Below are positions 9,092 to 18,894 of a DNA stretch of 64,000 nt, piece after piece. Every line of letters begins with the position of its first letter. Positions within the stretch are counted from its first letter, which is position 1. This DNA is from Atopobium sp. GTDB lineage: Bacteria; Actinomycetota; Coriobacteriia; Coriobacteriales; Atopobiaceae. The position numbers were made by a program, and so were the translations under genes. A model generated the notes under the pieces. That model was not told the DNA's origin. It made no database searches and was given only the letters and a program-made list of their open reading frames with translations. The stretch lies in assembly GCA_015258785.1 (NCBI GenBank), contig JABZHP010000001.1:6434-70433 (forward strand). The letters are read 5' to 3'.

Positions 9092-10167
9092 TCTTCTATT
9101 GCTAGCTCAATCAGCTGTTTAAGTTCTGCAAATGACTTGCGCTCAATACGTACATCACCAATGCCATAGATAAGCGCCATATCAATTGAATCTGCGTGGC
9201 TTTTCTTGTCATGAAGTGCTGCGCTGTAAAGTTCTTCCACAGTAAATGAAGTGCTGGTAGGAAGGTTATAAGCTTGTGTGAGCGTGGCGATGTTCTTAGC
9301 GTCTTCAACAGAGCAAAGACCAAGCTTGGAACAGGCTTTTGCCAACATGGAAGTTCCAGCAGCCACACAGGAGCCGTGTCCAAGTTCAAAGTTGCCGAGC
9401 GTCTCAATAGCATGGCCAAGTGTATGGCCCAGATTGAGCAATTTTCTAGACCCTGCTTCTTTGAAGTCTGCGTCAACGATTGACTTCTTTATTTCGATAC
9501 ATGCTTGAATGAGCTCTTGTCTATGCGGTACGTCGATGACCTGCACAGGGTTTCTCGCCAAAGAGATTTTATTGAAAAGCTCATGTCCAGAAAGAACGCC
9601 GTATTTAATAAGCTCTCCGCAGCTATCTTGCAAGAGGGGAGTCGGAATAGAGTTCAGCAGTTCAAGGTCAACAATAACGGCCTTGGGATTATAGAAGGCT
9701 CCAACCAGATTTTTCCCAAACGGTAGGTCAATAGCAGTTTTTCCACCAATTGAGGAGTCAATCATCGCTAAAAGAGAGGTGGGGATGTGTACGAGCGCAC
9801 AACCTCGCATGTAGGTTGCTGCAACAAATCCCGCAAGATCGCCAATGACGCCTCCGCCAAACGAGACGACAATGTCTTCTCGCGTAAAACGATTTTCTGC
9901 AAGGACGTTTACCAGCTTTTGATACGACTCAAATGATTTTGCGTGCTCACCTGTGGGTACTGCAGCAGTTGTGACAGAAAAGCCAGCTGACTCTAATGAG
10001 GCGAGAAGTTCTGTGCCAAAGAGCTTGTTCAAATTTGGATGAGTGACCACAAGAATCTTTGAACCCGAGGTGCAGGAATGAATAAGGTTGCCGGCCTGCG
10101 CAAGCAGGTGATGCCCTACATGAATTTGATATGAGTCGGATGTTAGGTCAACAGAAGTAGTATTCAT
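9088..10167 (-). CDS. aroB: 3-dehydroquinate synthase
   Basis: 359 aa with the Gly-rich NAD site GGGVIGDLAGF and metal-binding His residues typical of AroB. Confidence 0.9.
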   Translation of the reverse strand: MNTTSVDLTSDSYQIHVGHHLLAQAGNLIHSCTSGSKILVVTHPNLNKLFGTELLASLESAGFSVTTAAVPTGEHAKSFESYQKLVNVLAENRFTREDIVVSFGGGVIGDLAGFVAATYMRGCALVHIPTSLLAMIDSSIGGKTAIDLPFGKNLVGAFYNPKAVIVDLELLNSIPTPLLQDSCGELIKYGVLSGHELFNKISLARNPVQVIDVPHRQELIQACIEIKKSIVDADFKEAGSRKLLNLGHTLGHAIETLGNFELGHGSCVAAGTSMLAKACSKLGLCSVEDAKNIATLTQAYNLPTSTSFTVEELYSAALHDKKSHADSIDMALIYGIGDVRIERKSFAELKQLIELAIED

Positions 10168-10278
10168 GAGCTCCTCATTTGCTGGTTGTATTCATTTTAG
10201 CATGGGAAAATACCAGAAGAAAATTACGCAAACCGTTACAAAAGGCAGTAAGTAGGCTGAGGTATACTTATGCACCAT

Positions 10279-10353
10279 GACTCCGTAGCTCAGTGGATTA
10301 GAGCGTTTGCCTCCGGAGCAAAAGGTCGTGGGTTCGAAACCCACCGGGGTCAC
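10279..10353 (+). tRNA. tRNA-Arg (anticodon CCG)
   Basis: Cloverleaf read by hand: acceptor GACTCCG/CGGGGTC, D arm GCTC/GAGC, anticodon loop CTCCGGA, T arm GTGGG-TTCGAAA-CCCAC. CCA is encoded after the discriminator A. Confidence 0.85.
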
Positions 10354-10395
10354 CACGTGTAAAAAACCGGCCATCACTGACTGGAGATTGTTTAT

Positions 10396-12840
10396 ATGTC
10401 ATTGCAAGACACTGCAGGCAAGAGCAGCAAACGTTGTGAAGAAACGTATGAGGGTCTGACGTCAAAAGAAGTTGCAGAGAGAGTATCTGCAGGTAAAGTC
10501 AATACTAATACAGACGTCAAAACCAAATCTATTGCTCAGATTATTGCAGAGCACAGCTTTACGCTCTTTAACATAGTTAATGTTTTGATGGCGCTGCTTG
10601 TTGTTGTAACGGGACAGTACAGAAATGCACTGTTCATGAGCGTAGTTCTTGCAAACTTGGTCATTGGTATTGTGCAAGAGATTCGTGCAAAACGCATGGT
10701 TGACCGCCTGTCTCTTATGACAGCTCAGAGTGTTTGTGTAATTCGTGACGGAAAAGATACCTTTATCAAACCAGACGAGCTTGTCATCGATGATCTTGTG
10801 CGCTTGAAGACGGGCGATCAAATTCCTGCTGACAGTATTCTTGTGTCAGAGCACGTAAGCGTTGACGAAAGCCTTCTAACTGGTGAGGCAGAGCCCGTGC
10901 AAAAGACCACGGGAGACGAGCTTCTCTCTGGTAGTTTTGTCGAGAGAGGCAGTCTTGTTGGTAGGGTATGCCGTGTAGGTCAGGAAGGCTATGCTGCGCG
11001 TATTAACGCAGAAGCTAAGTTTGTAAAAGAGATCAATTCAGAGATTCTTACCACCATTAAGTCGATTATTCGCGCAGGTTCCATTGCATTGATTCCGCTG
11101 GGTATTGGTCTTTTTGTTCGTACCTATTTCATTGGTAACGACGATTTAAATGAAGCGCTTCTTTCGATGATTGCTGCTGTTATTGGCATGATTCCTCAAG
11201 GACTCGTTCTTCTCACTAGCTCGGTTCTTGCTATTGCAACCATTAGGCTTGGCCAGAAAAATGTTTTGGTTCAGCAGCAATACTGCATTGAAACGCTGGC
11301 ACGCGTAGATACCCTTTGTTTGGACAAGACGGGCACTATCACCACGGGAAACATGGAAGTTGCTCGTGTTTTGGATGCTTCGTTTACGCCAATTACTGAG
11401 GCTGCGGGTGCTCTGCAAGCGGCTGTAAACGTTGTCGGCGCAAACAAAGATGACGCTAACGATACGGCTACGGCAATCCTTGCGTACGCATCCAAGCAGG
11501 GGATTCAAAGCAAACGTCCTTCTCGCGTTGTGGCGTTTTCTTCCAAGAGAAAGTACTCTGGCTGCGTCACTGAGGACGGACAGGCATTTGTTATCGGTGC
11601 TGCTCAGTTTGTGCTTGGTCCCGAGGCAGCGGACGTTATCGCATCGTCCGATGCATTTGCGTCCATTGAACGCGTGCTGGTTGCCTGTACCGTTGATGGA
11701 TTTGACCAGAATGATAACTTCGAGGGAATTCCTCAGCTCCTAGGTTACGTAGTGCTTAGGGATCAGATTAGAGAGACCGCCCCACAAACCATTGCATACT
11801 TCCTTGAACAAGGCGTTGACCTGCGCGTTATTTCGGGCGATGACCCTCGTACCGTCTCCGCTATTGCTGAGCGAGCGGGAGTCCCTCATGCCGACGGTTG
11901 GGTAGATGCAACCACTCTGCGCACAGAGGCAGATATTGCTGCAGCTGTCGAGAAGTATCACGTATTTGGTCGCGTTACGCCAGAACAGAAGCGTGAACTT
12001 GTTATTGCACTCCAGAATCATGGCCACACGGTTGCCATGACCGGCGACGGCGTCAATGATATCTTGGCACTGAGGCAATCGGACTGTTCTATTTCTGTTG
12101 CTTCTGGTTCTGCTGCAGCTAGAAATGTTGCAGAGATTGTTCTGGCAGACAACGATTTTGCGCACATGCCAGAAGTTGTTGCCGAAGGTAGGCGCTCTAT
12201 CAATAACCTTCAGCGATCTGCTGCACTCATTCTTGTAAAGACGGTTTATACTGCGGCTTTAGCGCTCTATTGCATTATTGCGCCACCATACCCCTTTATT
12301 CCTGTTCAGATGTCGCTGCTTTCATTTGCAACCGTTGGCCTGCCATCGTTTGTGTTGGCGCTTGAGCCAAATCACGATCGCGTAAAGGGCAACTTCCTGG
12401 TCAACATTTTGCGCAAGTCACTACCTGCTTCTATTGCAGTAACTATCACGCTTGCACTTCTTATGACTGCAGGTCATCTGTTTAAGTTGAACCTGTCTCA
12501 GGTGTCTACGATGGCGCTTATCACCACCGCAACAGTTGGTTTTGCGCTGCTCAGAAGGATTTCTTTGCCTCTCACCAAGCTCCGCGTTGCACTTCTTGTT
12601 GTATGCATTGCCATTGTGGTTGGCGGATGCACGGTAGCGCAGGACTTCTTCCGCATTGCACCTCTCACCCCACGCATCTTGCCGTACTTGTCAATTTGTT
12701 TGGTGATTTCCGTTATTATCTTCAACAGAATTTCCGAGCGTTACATTCACAACTATACAAAGGATCGATTCTTTGACCTGGTTGTGAGATTAATGGGAGG
12801 AAAGTCAACTTATAGCTCTTCTGCTGATATAAACGATTAA
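10396..12840 (+). CDS. Cation-transporting P-type ATPase (Ca2+/Mg2+-type, P2/P3-like)
   Basis: DKTGTIT phosphorylation motif and TGDGVND hinge. 814 aa with N- and C-terminal TM bundles. Confidence 0.9.
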   Translation: MSLQDTAGKSSKRCEETYEGLTSKEVAERVSAGKVNTNTDVKTKSIAQIIAEHSFTLFNIVNVLMALLVVVTGQYRNALFMSVVLANLVIGIVQEIRAKRMVDRLSLMTAQSVCVIRDGKDTFIKPDELVIDDLVRLKTGDQIPADSILVSEHVSVDESLLTGEAEPVQKTTGDELLSGSFVERGSLVGRVCRVGQEGYAARINAEAKFVKEINSEILTTIKSIIRAGSIALIPLGIGLFVRTYFIGNDDLNEALLSMIAAVIGMIPQGLVLLTSSVLAIATIRLGQKNVLVQQQYCIETLARVDTLCLDKTGTITTGNMEVARVLDASFTPITEAAGALQAAVNVVGANKDDANDTATAILAYASKQGIQSKRPSRVVAFSSKRKYSGCVTEDGQAFVIGAAQFVLGPEAADVIASSDAFASIERVLVACTVDGFDQNDNFEGIPQLLGYVVLRDQIRETAPQTIAYFLEQGVDLRVISGDDPRTVSAIAERAGVPHADGWVDATTLRTEADIAAAVEKYHVFGRVTPEQKRELVIALQNHGHTVAMTGDGVNDILALRQSDCSISVASGSAAARNVAEIVLADNDFAHMPEVVAEGRRSINNLQRSAALILVKTVYTAALALYCIIAPPYPFIPVQMSLLSFATVGLPSFVLALEPNHDRVKGNFLVNILRKSLPASIAVTITLALLMTAGHLFKLNLSQVSTMALITTATVGFALLRRISLPLTKLRVALLVVCIAIVVGGCTVAQDFFRIAPLTPRILPYLSICLVISVIIFNRISERYIHNYTKDRFFDLVVRLMGGKSTYSSSADIND

Positions 12841-12873
12841 ACTGAAGCACAAGCAAAGAGTTGTGGAGGGTGT

Positions 12874-13995
12874 ATGCGTTGTCCAAACTGTGGATCTGAG
12901 GTCGATGAAGGGGCTTTAACCTGCCCTCATTGTCAGATTGATCTAAGTTTGACCCAAAGGATTCCTGTTACTCAAGCTCATTGGTGCCCTCATTGTGGCG
13001 CCCTGGTGGCTGCCGGCGCAGAAAGCTGCCCAAAGTGTGGCCTTCCTTTACCACAGGCAGTGCCTGCTGCTCGTCCAGCTCGAGCTATCAGGCCCACACG
13101 CAACATCAAGCTTCCAGAGATTGACGCCGCTCCAGCATCTGGCGAGAAGACCGATCCGCTCGTAGACGCAGAGTATGATGCATCCTCTTCTGTCGCAGCA
13201 GATCCCACTGTTTTGCAAGATATGCCAGCCGACAACGCTGACCCAGACACTACCAGCGCGTTTGCCTCGGTAAGTCGCAGGCCAGCTCCTCGCTTTGAGT
13301 CTGCAATCCCTTCCGAGCCTTCAAAAGAGAACCTCCCTGAAGCAGAGGGAATCCCGCGTACGCGCGTTATTCTGCTTTCAGCACTTCTTGTTACCTCGCT
13401 GGTAGTAGCTGCAATCTTTGTCATCACGCACCCGTGGGACCCTCAGGCAACCGACAATCGCGCAAAGGTTGACGCTCCAGTCTCATCTACTCCTACCACC
13501 ACTCCTGTTACGCACCTCACGGGTCAAGACACCAGTGCAAATCAGCAAAATACAAGTTCGGATGCTGTTTTTGACGCACTTGATAGTGATTATCAGAAGC
13601 TTGGAGACCTCTCAAAGCGCCTTGATGATAACGAGAAAACCTTTGATCAGCTTGCTATTACTGGCTCTGATCAGGAGCGTGCTGATGCTCAACAGGAAGC
13701 AGAGCAGATTTCGCTGGATATTAGTAATGTTATCTCTGACCTCTCTAGTCTTGATGACTCCAACGGAAACTATCGTCAGACTATTGAAAATCTCACCAAA
13801 CTGGGTAACTGGCTTCGTAATCGCTCCGATGCTTTGAGTGAGGGATGGAAGCGCTCAGTTGCTTCTAACAATCCTTCTCAGGACAAAGACAATATCTTGG
13901 CGCCAGTTGATAACATCAGAGACTCCAGCGGCTCCAGCTCATACCAGAAACTTTTTGATGAAAATTACGTGAATTGGAAGCCACAAAAGCAGTAA
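12874..13995 (+). CDS. Double zinc-ribbon membrane protein, function unknown
   Basis: Two CPxCG...CPxCG ribbons at the N-terminus, one TM helix (ILLSALLVTSLVVAAIFVI), then an acidic coiled-coil-like ectodomain. No family recognised. Confidence 0.55.
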   Translation: MRCPNCGSEVDEGALTCPHCQIDLSLTQRIPVTQAHWCPHCGALVAAGAESCPKCGLPLPQAVPAARPARAIRPTRNIKLPEIDAAPASGEKTDPLVDAEYDASSSVAADPTVLQDMPADNADPDTTSAFASVSRRPAPRFESAIPSEPSKENLPEAEGIPRTRVILLSALLVTSLVVAAIFVITHPWDPQATDNRAKVDAPVSSTPTTTPVTHLTGQDTSANQQNTSSDAVFDALDSDYQKLGDLSKRLDDNEKTFDQLAITGSDQERADAQQEAEQISLDISNVISDLSSLDDSNGNYRQTIENLTKLGNWLRNRSDALSEGWKRSVASNNPSQDKDNILAPVDNIRDSSGSSSYQKLFDENYVNWKPQKQ

Positions 13996-14132
13996 ATCTC
14001 TACCGTTCAGCTGCTTTAATTTCAAAAATCTCATCATACTGGTAAAATAATTAGGTTAGAAAAGAAGTTCTTTATTACTAAGGGTTTCTCGCGTTTTTTC
14101 TTCTCTTAGATGTAAAGAAGCTTGGAGGAATT

Positions 14133-14672
14133 ATGTTTGGACTTGATCCATTGTATACACCAGAGCGCCAGGTTACTGGTACTGAGGTTGCCGTCTTTGA
14201 TACCAACAAGGGAATCATTAAGGTTCAGCTTGATGGTAAGGGCGCACCTATTCATGTGGCAAACTTCTGCGAGCTTGCAGAGTCTGGCTTCTATGACGAT
14301 ACCAAGTTCCACCGTCTTGTCCCTGGCTTTGTTCTTCAGGGCGGAGACCCAAACACCCGTGAGATGAGTGTTGAGGATGTTGTGTTTGGTAACCCTGGTC
14401 CTGATGGAATTCCTGGTACCGGTGGTCCTGGTTATCGCATCAAAGAGGAGTTCACCACAAATCCTAACAACTCCCACGTTGACGGTGCCCTTGCTATGGC
14501 TCGTTCTCAAGATCCAAACTCCGCAGGTTCTCAGTTCTATTTCTGTCTTGGTCCACAGCATGGCTTGGATTCTGGATATACCGTATTTGGCACAACTATC
14601 GAGGGAATGGATGTCATTTCCCAGTTAAAGGTTGGCGATATCGTCAATTCCATTAGAATTGAAAACGCTTAA
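14133..14672 (+). CDS. ppiB: Peptidyl-prolyl cis-trans isomerase, cyclophilin type
   Basis: FHRLVPGFVLQGGDP and other cyclophilin motifs. GGAGG RBS. Confidence 0.9.
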   Translation: MFGLDPLYTPERQVTGTEVAVFDTNKGIIKVQLDGKGAPIHVANFCELAESGFYDDTKFHRLVPGFVLQGGDPNTREMSVEDVVFGNPGPDGIPGTGGPGYRIKEEFTTNPNNSHVDGALAMARSQDPNSAGSQFYFCLGPQHGLDSGYTVFGTTIEGMDVISQLKVGDIVNSIRIENA

Positions 14673-14703
14673 AGCCAAGTCGCACAGACTCTTGGAGGAT
14701 ATT

Positions 14704-16107
14704 GTGAATCAACAGGCATTTGAGTTAGGTAAATCTGCATATGATCAGGGCGACTGGTTTGTAGCTATCAGTCAGTTTGATGTGGCTAAAGAGCCAGGCG
14801 AGGTAAACGGTCAGATTGACCACCTTCTTGGAAACGCTTATATGAAGCTTGGACAGTTTGATTCCGCAGCTTCTGCTTACAAGTCCGCTCTTGCTGACGC
14901 TTCCTACGGCAAGGTTGGCGCTCTCTCTACTAATCAGGGTCGCGCACTTCTGGCTGCTGGTAGGGTACAGGAGGCTATTGCTGCCCTTACTAACGCTGTC
15001 CAGGACGCCTCTTACGCAACTCCTTATAAGGCACAGCTTGCTCTTGGTTCTGCATACGAGAAGATCGGTGATATTCGCAACGCCGGCATTGCTTACAGAA
15101 ACGCTGCAGTTGATGAGAAGAACCCTAATCCTTCATCAGCGCTTTGCAGCCTAGGCGCATGTTTCATGGGTTTGAACAGGCCTGTTGATGCTGTTGAGGC
15201 ATATCGTACTGCTCTTGATTTTGCTAATCCTCTGGATAATTCCAATAAGATTTATGCAGATCTTGGTCTTGCATACGTTGCAGCAAATCGCATGTCTGAG
15301 GCAGTTGATGCATTCACTCACGCTACTGCTGATGGCAGTTTTGTTCTGTCTAATCAGCAGCAGTCTGCTTTTGATGCAGCTCGCAAGGCTATTACTGCAA
15401 TGGCTTCTGGCAAGCCATCTGAGACTGATGCCTTCCTTCAGGCAGCTGGCTATGGTGCCTACGATCCACTGGATCCTACAGGTATGTCCGGCGAGCTCAT
15501 CCCTTCTGCAGAAGATACTGGCTTCTTCCAGATTACTGAGCAGGAGATTATTGAGCAGGATAAGAAGGACAAGAAGATTAGGCGTAAGCATCGCCACACC
15601 GGCCTTAAGGTCTTCATTACTATTCTTATTTTGCTTATCTTGGCTGTTGGTGGCGCTGGTTATGCTTACTATCGTGGCTATGGATGGCCAACTCAGCAGT
15701 CTGTTGTTCAGGATATTTTCAACGCTAAGGCACAGGGCACCGATATTGGTCGCTATGTCTCTAGCTCTGTCTCTAGTACAACGCTTCAGCAGATTTCTAA
15801 CAGCCTGCCAACAAGCTCCGCTGTTACCATCAACGGTGTTGACCAGAGCATGACTCACTCTACAGTTAATGCTTCTGTCAGTCTTTCTAATGGCGGCAAC
15901 GTTGACTACACCATTGAGCTTGTCCGTGATGGTATTGGCTGGAAGGTTGCAAGCGTTACCACTTCATACGTAAGCCAGAATAACCAGAACTCTGGCACAA
16001 CTTCTGGTACTAACGGCTCTAATTCGGGAACTACCTCTGGAACTAATGGATCTAACTCCTCAAATTCCTCTAATAGTTCCTCCAGCTCTTCAAAGTCTGG
16101 TAACTAG
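14704..16107 (+). CDS. TPR-repeat membrane protein with a Ser/Gly/Thr/Asn-rich C-terminal tail
   Basis: Repeated AxxAYxxAL TPR-like helices, one TM segment and a low-complexity SGTTSGTNGSNS tail. GTG start at 14704 after GGAGG; the track's start at 14632 overlaps ppiB. Confidence 0.65.
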   Translation: MNQQAFELGKSAYDQGDWFVAISQFDVAKEPGEVNGQIDHLLGNAYMKLGQFDSAASAYKSALADASYGKVGALSTNQGRALLAAGRVQEAIAALTNAVQDASYATPYKAQLALGSAYEKIGDIRNAGIAYRNAAVDEKNPNPSSALCSLGACFMGLNRPVDAVEAYRTALDFANPLDNSNKIYADLGLAYVAANRMSEAVDAFTHATADGSFVLSNQQQSAFDAARKAITAMASGKPSETDAFLQAAGYGAYDPLDPTGMSGELIPSAEDTGFFQITEQEIIEQDKKDKKIRRKHRHTGLKVFITILILLILAVGGAGYAYYRGYGWPTQQSVVQDIFNAKAQGTDIGRYVSSSVSSTTLQQISNSLPTSSAVTINGVDQSMTHSTVNASVSLSNGGNVDYTIELVRDGIGWKVASVTTSYVSQNNQNSGTTSGTNGSNSGTTSGTNGSNSSNSSNSSSSSSKSGN

Positions 16108-16168
16108 TACTAAACTGTTTTAACCGTTCTTTCTGCAGGATAATTACGCACACGCGTAGCACGTTTGA

Positions 16169-17221
16169 TTGGATATCATGTCTATCTTCGATTCGCTCTT
16201 CGGAGAATATGGCGGAGACCTAGCCATCGATCTGGGAACTGCAAACACCCTTGTTGCAGTTCGTGGTCAGGGTATTGTCATCAATGAGCCATCGGTTGTT
16301 GCAATCGATAAAAGCGAGAGCCGCGTTCTGGCTGTTGGCGCTGATGCAAAGCGCATGATTGGCCGTACTCCTGGCTCCATCATTGCTGAGCGCCCTCTTA
16401 AAGACGGCGTCATTGCAGACTTTGATGTTACTGAGGTTATGCTTCGTTACTTCATCGAGAAGGCACGTGAGCGCAAATATCCTTGGTCACCACGTCCACG
16501 CGTAGTTGTTTGCGTTCCTTCTGGCGTTACATCTGTCGAGAAACGCGCTGTTTTTGAAGCAACTATTCAGGCAGGCGCTCGCCAGGCATTCTTGATTGAA
16601 GAGCCTATGGCTGCAGCTATTGGCGCAGACCTTCCAATTGAGGATCCAACCGGTTCTATGGTTGTAGACATTGGTGGCGGTACTACCGAGGTTGCTGTTA
16701 TCTCCATGGGTGGTATTGTTGTCTCGCAGTCCATTAGAACTGCAGGTGACGAGTTTGATCAAACTATTCTTGAACATGTTCGTGATGCGTATAACCTCTC
16801 TATTGGTGAGCGTACCGCAGAAGACATCAAGATTAAGGTTGGCTCAGCAGCTCCTCTTGCAGAAGAGCTTGACGTTGAGGTAAACGGTCGTGACGTCATG
16901 AGTGGTCTTCCAAAGACAGTTCGTATTGAGTCAGAAGAGATTCGTCGTGCTCTTGATCGTCCTCTTGACGAGGTCACCAAGGCTGTCAAAGATGCGCTTG
17001 ATGTGACTCCACCAGATCTTGCATCTGATCTTATGTACTACGGTATTTTGCTTACCGGTGGTGGCGGAATGCTTCGCGGTCTTGACCAGAGACTTCGTGA
17101 AGAGACTGGCGTGCCTGTTAACGTAAGCCCAACCGCTCTAGAAAATGTTGTTACCGGTTGTGCAAAGGTTCTTGAGGCTAACGCATTGTCCGGTGGATTT
17201 GTTCAGAGTGCAGGCCAATAA
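16169..17221 (+). CDS. mreB: Rod shape-determining protein MreB
   Basis: Actin-like ATPase motifs DLGTANT and DIGGGTT. 350 aa. Confidence 0.95.
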   Translation: MDIMSIFDSLFGEYGGDLAIDLGTANTLVAVRGQGIVINEPSVVAIDKSESRVLAVGADAKRMIGRTPGSIIAERPLKDGVIADFDVTEVMLRYFIEKARERKYPWSPRPRVVVCVPSGVTSVEKRAVFEATIQAGARQAFLIEEPMAAAIGADLPIEDPTGSMVVDIGGGTTEVAVISMGGIVVSQSIRTAGDEFDQTILEHVRDAYNLSIGERTAEDIKIKVGSAAPLAEELDVEVNGRDVMSGLPKTVRIESEEIRRALDRPLDEVTKAVKDALDVTPPDLASDLMYYGILLTGGGGMLRGLDQRLREETGVPVNVSPTALENVVTGCAKVLEANALSGGFVQSAGQ

Positions 17222-17223
17222 AT

Positions 17224-18315
17224 ATGCCATTGTCTAATCAGATCCAGGGTGCTTCATCAGGCCTTGGATCTAACAATAATAAGCATACGGGCGGCCGTAG
17301 TTTTATTATTCTTTCGCTGCTTTCAATTGTGTTATTGACGGTTAGCGCTCGTATGGGTGCAGGGGGACCGCTCGAGATGGTTCGAGGCGGCTTCTCTACT
17401 ATTACCATGCCTTTTAGAATGGCAGGTTCTGCTATCGCTATGCCTTTCCAGGGCATTGGTAACATTTTTAGTAACTTAACAGCAGACCAGCAAACGCTTT
17501 CTGATCTTAAGGCAGAAAACGAGCAACTGCGTTCAAGAAACGCAGAGCTCGAAGAGACAAATCAGTCTACGCAGCGTCTGCAGGGTCTTCTCGACCTTAA
17601 AAATACCTATAACCTGCAGTCTACGGGTGCTCGTGTCATCTCTGGTTCTACTGACTCGTTCAATAACACCATTGTGATTGACAAGGGAACTTCATCCGGA
17701 CTGGCTGTTGGCATGCCTGTTGTTGATAGCGGCGGCGTTATTGGTCAGATCATTGAGTGCGGTCCTACAACTTCTACCGTTCGTCTTATTACTGACGAGA
17801 AGAGCGGTGTGGCTGCTATGGTTCAAAGCAGCCGAGCTCAGGGTATGCTTATGGGTTCCGCTTCAAGGCAGATTACTCTTAACCTAATCAACACCAACCA
17901 GAAGGTTGCCGTAGGCGATACAGTTGTTACCAGTGGTCTTGGTGGCGTATTCCCTAAGGGCCTTCCTCTAGGTAAAGTTACCAGCGTTGAGGCAGCTCCA
18001 GGATCGCTCTATTACACCATTGTTGTTGAGCCTTATGGAAATGTCAGCACTAACGAGGAGGTAATGGTTATCACGTCTCTTTCTGAGGAGCAAAAAGCTA
18101 CCGCAGATGATATTGCTGAGGCAGATAAGCAAAACACTCCAACTGCAACTAATTCAGACGGTAAGGATAAAGACTCAAAAGACGGATCTTCTACGTCTTC
18201 ATCGAGCGGTTCTACTGGCAGCGGTTCAACAAACAACACAACAAACACTCAGCAGAATGCAACAGTTGCTGCTCCAACGGGTACTACACAACATAACAGC
18301 GGAAGAACAGATTAA
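17224..18315 (+). CDS. mreC: Rod shape-determining protein MreC
   Basis: Follows mreB. N-terminal TM and coiled-coil, then beta-rich domain. Low-complexity Ser/Thr tail. Confidence 0.8.
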   Translation: MPLSNQIQGASSGLGSNNNKHTGGRSFIILSLLSIVLLTVSARMGAGGPLEMVRGGFSTITMPFRMAGSAIAMPFQGIGNIFSNLTADQQTLSDLKAENEQLRSRNAELEETNQSTQRLQGLLDLKNTYNLQSTGARVISGSTDSFNNTIVIDKGTSSGLAVGMPVVDSGGVIGQIIECGPTTSTVRLITDEKSGVAAMVQSSRAQGMLMGSASRQITLNLINTNQKVAVGDTVVTSGLGGVFPKGLPLGKVTSVEAAPGSLYYTIVVEPYGNVSTNEEVMVITSLSEEQKATADDIAEADKQNTPTATNSDGKDKDSKDGSSTSSSSGSTGSGSTNNTTNTQQNATVAAPTGTTQHNSGRTD

Positions 18316-18324
18316 GGGGGATGC

Positions 18325-18885
18325 ATGCAGGTTTCTGATAGAAATAAAAACACACGCAGCATCGCCGTTCTTGCTGTTGTTTGCTTCATTTTGCAGATTA
18401 TGCTTACACCACAGGTTTCTTTTGGTGGGGGAGTTATCAATTTTGCACTTATTTTCTCGGCAGCTATTGCGCTGAGATATGGTGGTAAAACCGGCGTGAT
18501 ATGCGGCTTTATTGCTGGTCTTATCTATGATTTGACTTCTGCTAATCCTATTGGCCTTATGGCACTCCTGCTTGTGGTCAGTTCTTATTTCATGGGCCAA
18601 GAGGTAAGAGACAGAATCTCTGGCAATTTTGGTACCTCTATGGGCTTTGTTGCCCTTCAAACTTTTGGTGTCACCTTTATGTATCAACTCATTAATTCTT
18701 TGATTGGCTCTGGTGGCAACTTCTTTGAGGGGCTGCTGTTTAAGTCTTTCCCCACCATGTTGTTTACCATTTTGGCAGCGCTGCCTGTTTTCTATGTACT
18801 TTCTCATTCCCAAAGGTCTCATTCATCTTTGGGTGGAACTTCGCTCTATCGCGGATCTCATCGAGCTCCACAGCGCCTTAAATAA
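18325..18885 (+). CDS. mreD: Rod shape-determining protein MreD
   Basis: Small polytopic membrane protein directly after mreC. Confidence 0.65.
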   Translation: MQVSDRNKNTRSIAVLAVVCFILQIMLTPQVSFGGGVINFALIFSAAIALRYGGKTGVICGFIAGLIYDLTSANPIGLMALLLVVSSYFMGQEVRDRISGNFGTSMGFVALQTFGVTFMYQLINSLIGSGGNFFEGLLFKSFPTMLFTILAALPVFYVLSHSQRSHSSLGGTSLYRGSHRAPQRLK

Positions 18886-18894
18886 GGGGTTAGT

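Noticed and set aside
10192-10377. 61-aa ORF on the minus strand
   Set aside because: It overlaps the tRNA-Arg gene, so it is spurious.
15151-15858. Overlapping ORFs on both strands within the TPR gene, and 19921-20679 (minus) inside mrdA
   Set aside because: Same reasoning: they sit inside confidently assigned genes and have no independent support.
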